A stretch of 64,000 nt of DNA from the human T2T-CHM13v2.0 reference genome, Homo sapiens. Where the stretch lies: the NCBI RefSeq assembly GCF_009914755.1, contig NC_060925.1. The stretch is one strand, 5' to 3'. A program made the position numbers and the translations under genes. Shown here piece after piece: positions 45,892-64,000 of the stretch (position 1 is its first letter; the number at the start of each line of letters is the position of its first letter). The notes under the pieces are model-generated. The model made no database searches, was not told where the DNA came from, and was given only the letters and a program-made list of their open reading frames with translations.

Positions 45892-45897
45892 AATAAA
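45892..45897 (+). terminator. NHLH1 polyadenylation signal AATAAA
   Basis: AATAAA followed by GT-rich sequence (GGTATGGTTGTGG) about 20-30 nt downstream. Confidence 0.8.
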
Positions 45898-46699
45898 AGT
45901 GACCTCGTTCTAGCACCAGGTATGGTTGTGGCTCATTCAATTGGGTTAGGAAGCTGGCCTGCAGGTTATGGTAGGGTGGGCATTGAGGGTCCTAGGCTTC
46001 GTAGGCTCTTCTGATGGGGTCAGGAGAGCTCAGTTTGGGGAACAAATGAAGACAGAGAAAAGGGGCCACAGGGAAAAGAGGTGCAGGGGAGAGTATAACA
46101 TACAGGTCCAAGATCTCCTCACCAAAATCTGGGTGCCAGATACTCCCTTCTTGGCACTAATTTAGTGACACTATCTGACTTCTCTGATGTTGTGCTTCCG
46201 CTCCTGCTCTCTATGGCCTGAGAAGGAGGTGAATATTTCGGTGGAACCCAAGTTAAACATGTGTCTGTGGGTCCATGCTGCTGGGAAAAGCTATGGTATG
46301 AAACTGAGACATTGCCTTCCCCTTTATTGTCTCTAGGCTGGGTCAAAATTCCCTGCAATCTCAGTTCTTGGCCTATTTTGTGTTCCCCAGCCTTAGGATA
46401 CTGGGGAAAACAGATGGCAGGCCTGGGACTCAGAGAAGAATATGGACAGGGATAAAAAAAAAAAAAGAGTGCTGAAGGGACCCTCAAATGAATTTATAGA
46501 TGGGGACACTAAAGCTCAGAGAAGGGTAGGGTCTTACCCAAGGCCACACAGCTAACTGGGGGCACAACTAAGGCCCAAATCCAGGTTCTTTCTACCATAT
46601 GCTGCCAACTCCCCTCTGCCTCCCTAAAATGACCCAGGCTGACAGTTAGCCCTCTTTTGGACCCCATATTTTCATAGGTGCATTGATAAACTAGAGAGG

Positions 46700-47100
46700 A
46701 TTTAGGGTTGTGTGGCGAAGAAACCAAAAGGTCTGGAGACCACTTTATAGAAGAAATAGTTGAAAAACTGAGGATATGTGTCTTGATAAGAGTAGACTTG
46801 GGGGTAATATGACACCCATCTTTAAATATTGAAAGAAGAATCAAAAATGGATATTCTGTGGGGCCCCAGTAGGCCGAACAAAACCCGTGAGTAGAAGTTA
46901 GAAGAAAGCAGATTTTAATTTGAAGAAAAATTTTGCAACACCTGGAGCTGTCCAGCAATGGCACTGACTGCCTCAAGAGGAGAACTCCAAATAGAGAAGC
47001 TGGAGAGTCAACCACACGCAGAGAAATCATAGAGCACATTGCTGCCTCAGATGGAACACTGGCTAGGTTCATTAGAAGATCCTCTCCAAACTTAAGGTCA
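46700..47100 (+). mobile_element. L3/CR1-like fragment (MIR at about 46490-46610)
   Basis: GGAGCTGTCCAGCAATGG..CTGCCTC resembles CR1/L3 3' region by eye. Confidence 0.5.
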
Positions 47101-47164
47101 TACGAGAAGGCTGAAGGCAAACAGCAGGAGGGAAATGCAGAGACAACTTTCAGTCCCTGAAATA

Positions 47165-47470
47165 TTTTCTTTTTTCTTTTTATCTTTTTGAGACAGAGTC
47201 TTGCTCTATTGCCCAGGCTGGAGTGCAGTGGCGGGATCTTGGCCCACTGCAACATCCACCTCCCCATTCAAGCCATTCTCGTGGTTCAGCCTCCTGAGTA
47301 GCTGGGACTACAGGCGCCCGCTGTCATGCCCGGCTAATTTTTGTGTTTTTAGTAGAGATGGGTTTTCGCCATGTTGGTCAGACTGGTCTCTAACTCCTGG
47401 CCTGAAGTGATCCTGCTGCCTTGGCCTCCTAAAATACTGGGATTACAGGCATGAATCACCATGCCCAGCT
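47165..47470 (-). mobile_element. Alu
   Basis: Alu consensus. Confidence 0.93.
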
Positions 47471-48530
47471 ATGGGTTTTCATCTTTGATGAACAAAGAAT
47501 GACATAAGCAGCATGAAGGGCTTGAGTTAGACCTAGGGAGGAGCTTCCATACAGGAGGACTTGACATCTTCCCCTTCCCATGTGAGTTAAATGACATGTG
47601 CTCTGCCCAGAGCCTGGCAAAAGGGAAGGCTGAACTGAGATCAGGGAGAACTTCAGGACTCCAAAGGGCCAGAGTTGGACGGGAACACAGAAATCACTGA
47701 ATCCAACAACTTTATTTCAAAGGCAGGTAAACTACTGTCCAGACAGGTGACGTGACTCACCCATGATGATGGCCTGGGATTAGAAGCCAAGTCTTCCATT
47801 CCTGGCCCTGAGAGCTTTGTGCTTCTCTGTGCTCAGCAGCCACAGTCCTCTGGGCTCCCTGCCTCCCTCTCTTGTCTCTTTGCCTGGGCTGGAGAGCAGA
47901 AGGGCTTAGGGGGCCCCTCCCCTCAGGGATCCCTGAGGGCCTGGAGGTGGTGAGAGGGGGAAGCTGCAGCTGTTCTACTGCTAGCTCCGAATTTCTTCAG
48001 ATAATCAATTGGCCTCGCTGCCGCTGTCGCTCTTGTTGCTCTTCTCACTCTGGGAAGGACAGGAGAAGGAGGTGGAGAGTGGGAAGAGGAGGGAGCAGGG
48101 GACCAGGCACTGGGGGAGGAGGGAGAGGGCAGGGAGATGGAAGTCCCTGGGCTGAGGGGAAAGTGAAAGCTTTGGGGCTAGCAGATAGGGAGGATGGGGA
48201 AAAGGGATTGTTAGAAGAGGATCTGCTCTGCATCCCTCATTCCACATCCCTCTAAACCCAACTCGTGGGTGGTGGGGTGGGGGAGGGGCAGTTAGGAGGA
48301 CCCCAGAATGGGACTCTTGCACTTCACCCCTGCTTCCTTACTCCCCTTGCCAAGTATCCCATGCATGGCCATAGCTCCCCCAGCTGTCCATGCCCTCTTC
48401 CAGTCCTAGTGACCACAGGTGCCTGACCCTCCAGTCCTGTCTTCATCAACGCCCTGTCCTGTAACTCAGCAAACCCATCACCAGTGACAGAGCAGAAGTC
48501 AAGGCCCCAGGGGCTGGGTGGGGGTTGCCT

Positions 48531-48534
<4 letters not shown>

Positions 48535-48586
<52 letters not shown>

Positions 48587-48602
48587 GCGCACACACACAC
48601 AC
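48535..48602. repeat. Compound (TC)n(AC)n microsatellite
   Basis: Directly visible. Confidence 0.95.
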
Positions 48603-50519
48603 TGTCATAGGCTGCCAGGCATATGGCCTCTTTGTGCCCACACAATGGAGGCCCTGTCTGTGCCCTTTCCCAAGTCTGGGCACAGTGTGGAGGGTGCTCC
48701 GCTTCCTCATTCCACCCACCTCCCTTCCCTCTCCACCCCCAGTGCAGGCCCTGTCTTCTTTGCCTTTGCTTCTTCCTCTTTCTGGAAAGCCCTTTCTACC
48801 ACCCAGTTCCTTTATCTTTCTGCTTTCTTCTTGTGTTCTTTCCTGAGCTTTTGACCTCTCATTGGATGAGGATTATGGGCAGAAGAAAGAGGCTCACAGT
48901 GCTGGGATGTCAGCGCAGGGAGGAGAAGGGAGCAAGCAGAGATGAGCCTGAAAGGCTGAGAGGGAGTGGAAGAAGGGAGGCAGTGGTGGCAGTGCAGCAA
49001 CACTGTGCTAGAGGGGAGAAAGCCCACACCCGGCAGCCAGAGGTCCCGTGTCCCTGCTCTGTCTCCACCTTTCCCCTTTGTGCCACAGTGAGCAAACCGC
49101 ATGCCCTCCCTGAGCAACAGCTTTTTCATATGGAAAGCAGGAAAGACAACAAGACCCACCGGGGTGTGATGAGGATTAAATGAGATCATCGTGAAAGTGT
49201 TCAACACCGGAAACGCTCATCAGATGCTATCTCAGGGGCAGTAAGTAGCAGGGTCAACTGTACTGTCATACAGTTTGTGCACTTTACAAAGCACCAGGCT
49301 AAGGGCAGTGCAGGGGCCTGACACCCAACCCCACTTCTACTAGACCAGCTGTGCACCAGGATGCAAGCATCCCCTGAGAGGTGGCCCTGGAACTGAGCCC
49401 CTCATGTGGGTTCCTGAGCATTGGTCAGGAGTCCAGATGAAAACTCCGAAGTCCTGACCACCTTGGGAACCAAGACAGAATGGAAAGGGACAAGAGGCTA
49501 AGGGGAATGTCTCTCCCTGAGGGGGAAATTCCTGAGCTTAGTCTTCTCTGAGCAAATAGACAATCCATGAGATCTACTAAACTAAGGATGGAGAAACTGC
49601 AGCTGAGGAGAAGAAGGGGGCTGAAGAAGCAGAAAAAAAAGAGGGAGACATGGATCGAGGGTGTGATCAGAGCAATGTGTTGGTCTGAGGACCCTTTTCT
49701 GGTTCCCTCGTCCTCCATTCCCTCCCTTCAGCAAGTTGAAGGCTGATTTGATTATTGCTTGTTGAACACTGTCCCCTGCTGGCTACTAGCAGAAACATTT
49801 TCCCTCTTCCCTATCCCTAGCTAGGAGCTGCTGAGAGCCTGAAAAAGAGAAGAAATGACCTGACTGGGGACAAAGGACGAAGGAATTGCAATTCTGCAAT
49901 CTGGAATTCTCTACTTGTCAGAGATTTCTGGAAGGTGAAGGAGGCTTGAAGGCTGACTAGGGGTAAACAGAGTTTAGAATTCATAGGTGGTTCATTTACA
50001 TATATTATGGCCTATAATTTTCAGATTGATTTTTTTCTGGTCTGTGTCTGTTTCATGTATTGTGTGTCTGTGTTATGTGTGTGTTCTGTATCTGGGCGTG
50101 CTTACCTGATTCTGTGGTTTTTGAACACGTGTATATCTGTGTACTTTTTTGTGTGTGTGCTCTTTTTAATATAGGAGTCTGAGTGACAGCTGGCAGGTAT
50201 GGAGCAAGGAGAGGGAGCTGTCGAATTTCCTCTTTCCTAGAAGCCCGTTCTCCCCTTGAAGTTTTACCTTTGTCTCCCAGCTCCATGAGCTATAACCTAT
50301 GGCTATTTATAGGTTACAGGTTTTGTTCTGGCTCCTGCCCCTCTTTGGACATCCCAAGCTCAGAGCCTTGATTCGCTCTAACCTGGGACTCTTGGGCCTC
50401 CCAAGCAGGGTCTCCAGTGTGGTTCCCAAGTGAGAATCTCTACTGTCTATGTCCCTTTTATCCTTTCTAGCATTAAACTCCAGCCTCCTTCTTTTATAAG
50501 CTTGTAGCTACCTCTTTCA

Positions 50520-53130
<2,611 letters not shown>

Positions 53131-53145
53131 TCATCTATCTGCTAG

Positions 53146-53569
<424 letters not shown>

Positions 53570-53661
53570 TGAGCTTTCCTCCTGCTGATGGCTTCAATCT
53601 TTCATTATTAACAATGCTGCAGTGCACATGATCTCATGCATATATTTGTGCATTTATATGA

Positions 53662-53965
<304 letters not shown>

Positions 53966-54395
53966 TATATGAGCATTTTGTGAAGGTAGATTTCTAGAAA
54001 TAAAACTGCTGGATTAAAGAGAATGTACATTTTACATTTTGATAGATACTTCCAGTTCCCCTCCAGTAAGGCTTTATCAATCCACGCTATTTCCAACCAC
54101 ATGTAGGAGTCTACATTTCTCCTACCCTTTATAACAATGGATATCATCATTTTTTTTTTTGCCAGTATGATGGGCAAAAGGAAATATCAAATTTTTCTTT
54201 AATTAGAATTTTTCCTATTATTTGAAGTTGATGATAATTTCATGTACTTATTAGATATTTGTTTTTCTTCTGTGAATTTCCTGTTCATATCCTGGGCCTA
54301 TTTAAAATTTATTTTAATTCTTTTTAAAATTAAAGCTATATATATATATTTAAATGCAATTTATTTTAGGTAAAATAAAAATGTGTTTATTCCCC

Positions 54396-54945
<550 letters not shown>

Positions 54946-55493
54946 ACCTAATTCTCTTTATCACCCCCCATAGGCGTTGACTCATTTATTTAGTGTGTGT
55001 CTTTGAATCTACCTTTTATTCTTTTATTTTCTTTCTTTATGTATCCATGATCAATACATTAGATTATTTTGCATATTTTACATTTCAGAACAATATTGTA
55101 GTGTACATCTCACTCTGCTTCTTTTACTTTTCCTTCTTACCAAACATTTGTTATTAAATTCTATTCTGCTTTTATATGAGTTGGAATTTAAAACAATATA
55201 TGGTGACTTAGTTCATTCTTTGTATCTACATTTACTATATGTACATTCCACAATATATTTATCATAGAAGATATTTTTCCTAATTGTTTGCTGCAATGAA
55301 TAGCCTTGAGTATGTCATTTTACATGTCCTTTGCAGAATTATTTTTGTAATATACTCCTAGGTATTGGAACTAGATCGCAGGTTACACACATATTCAATT
55401 TTACTAGACACTTCTAAATCACCCTACAAAAGGTATCAATTTATATTCACACCAGCAGCTCACGATGCTCTTCATTTCCTACCACTTCACTAG

Positions 55494-55839
<346 letters not shown>

Positions 55840-56466
55840 TAGGTAAAGTGATGTAAAGTGAGAGATATTCTTTTTCCACTTTCTGTTTGATTGTTTGGAA
55901 TTTTAATTGATTCTAGGATCTCTAGAATTATTAAACTGAGGATCCATAGGTTTATAGACAGTAACACTTGCCATGCAGAAAATTTTTATTTAGTCAAATG
56001 TATAATCTTGTCTTCTATGACTTCTGTATTTTGGGCCTTGGCTTTCCCTGCTCCAAAATCATAAAAGAAAAAAAAATCCTTTGTTCTCTTTTCATACTTA
56101 CATTATTAATTTTTTGTGGGTAGTATTTTACCTTTAACACTTTAATGTATCTGCATGTTATTAGATTAAGAAATGAGGTAGGAATCCAGCTTTACTTTTT
56201 CCAAATGGCTATCCAGTTGTTCCAACACCATTTATTGAACAATCCATCTTTTCTTTATTAAAAGAATAGTCTTATTCTCCCTTTGCAATACTTTTATATA
56301 TTATTTTCTTTTTTCTTTCTTTAGTTTTGACAGTTATTTACGTAATCTGAATACAAGTTTTTAAAAAATCAAATACGTGATTTGCAATGTTTTCCTCTAG
56401 TCCGTGACTTGTCTTTTCACCTCTTAAAAGTGTCTTTTGAAAGTGGAAGTTCTTAATTTTTAGTGA

Positions 56467-56889
<423 letters not shown>

Positions 56890-57335
56890 TAGTTTTAGGT
56901 TTTATATGTAGTTTTATGATCAATTTTGAGTTAATTTTTGTGTATGATGGGAAGTATGGATTGAAGTTCTTTTTTAAAATTTGCACGTGGGTATTCAACT
57001 GTTCTTTATTGAAAAGACTATCCTTCCTCTACTGCATTGCTTTTGTACCTTTATGAAAAATCAATTGATCATATATATGTGGGTCTACTTATGAACTCCT
57101 CAATCTGTTCAATGGATCTATTTCTCTGTCTTGATGCCTGTACTATACTACTATACTGCCTTGATTACTGTAGCATTATCATAAATCTTGAACTTATGTA
57201 ATATGTTTTTCAAATGTATTCTTTTTCAAAGCTGTTTTGGCTATTCTAGGTCTTTTGCATTTTCATATGATGTCAATTTTTATAGAAAAGGTGGCTGTGA
57301 TTTTGTTTGGGTTGCATTGAATCTATAGACCAAAC

Positions 57336-57632
57336 TTTTTTTTTTTTTTTGAGAAGGAGTCTCGCTCTGTTGCCCAGGCTGGAGTGCAGTGGCACGATCT
57401 TGGCTTGCTGCAAGCTCCACCTCCCAGGTTCCCGCCATTCTCTTGCCTCAGCCTTACCGAGTAGCTGGGACTACAGGCGCCCGCCACCACTCCTGGCTAA
57501 TGTTTTTGTATTTTCAGTAGAGATGGGGTTTCACCATGTTAGCCGGGATGGTCTCGATCTCCTGACCTCCTGATCCGCCCACCTCAGCCTCCCAAAGTGC
57601 TGGGATTATAGGTGTGAGCCACCACGCCCGGC
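57336..57632 (-). mobile_element. AluY-like
   Basis: Alu consensus with Y diagnostics. Confidence 0.93.
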
Positions 57633-57729
57633 TGATCAACTTTTAGAGAAGTAAAATCTTAACAATATGAAATCTTCTAACCCATAAACAATGTATAGTA
57701 TATTGCCCCATTTATTTAGACCTTCTTTA

Positions 57730-64000
<6,271 letters not shown>

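Overview
This is human/primate genomic DNA, recognisable from the translated exons as the COPA-NCSTN-NHLH1 locus (chr1q23.2). Left: COPA coding exons 1-6 on the minus strand; the gene continues off the left edge. Centre: the complete 17-exon nicastrin gene (NCSTN, + strand, 2130-nt CDS, 709 aa), head-to-head with COPA across a CpG-island promoter with only 226 bp between the two start codons. Right: the two-exon neural bHLH gene NHLH1 (+ strand, 133 aa), then a repeat-dense intergenic stretch ending in a nearly full-length, decayed L1PA on the minus strand. There are about 30 Alus plus L1M, L2, MIR, L3 and MITE relics; almost all ORFs in the supplied track are repeat artefacts. I see no convincing new biological system. 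The best second-look items are: a tailless 5'-half tRNA-Ile retrocopy with a target-site duplication in NCSTN intron 15; A-to-I recoding sites in both head-to-head genes (COPA I164V, NCSTN S177G, recalled from memory) with candidate pairing partners; a poison/alternative-N-terminus exon in NCSTN intron 1; a uORF-laden NHLH1 leader plus a long AU-rich element; and an Alu orientation switch at the bidirectional promoter. Repeat boundaries and subfamily calls are by eye and approximate.
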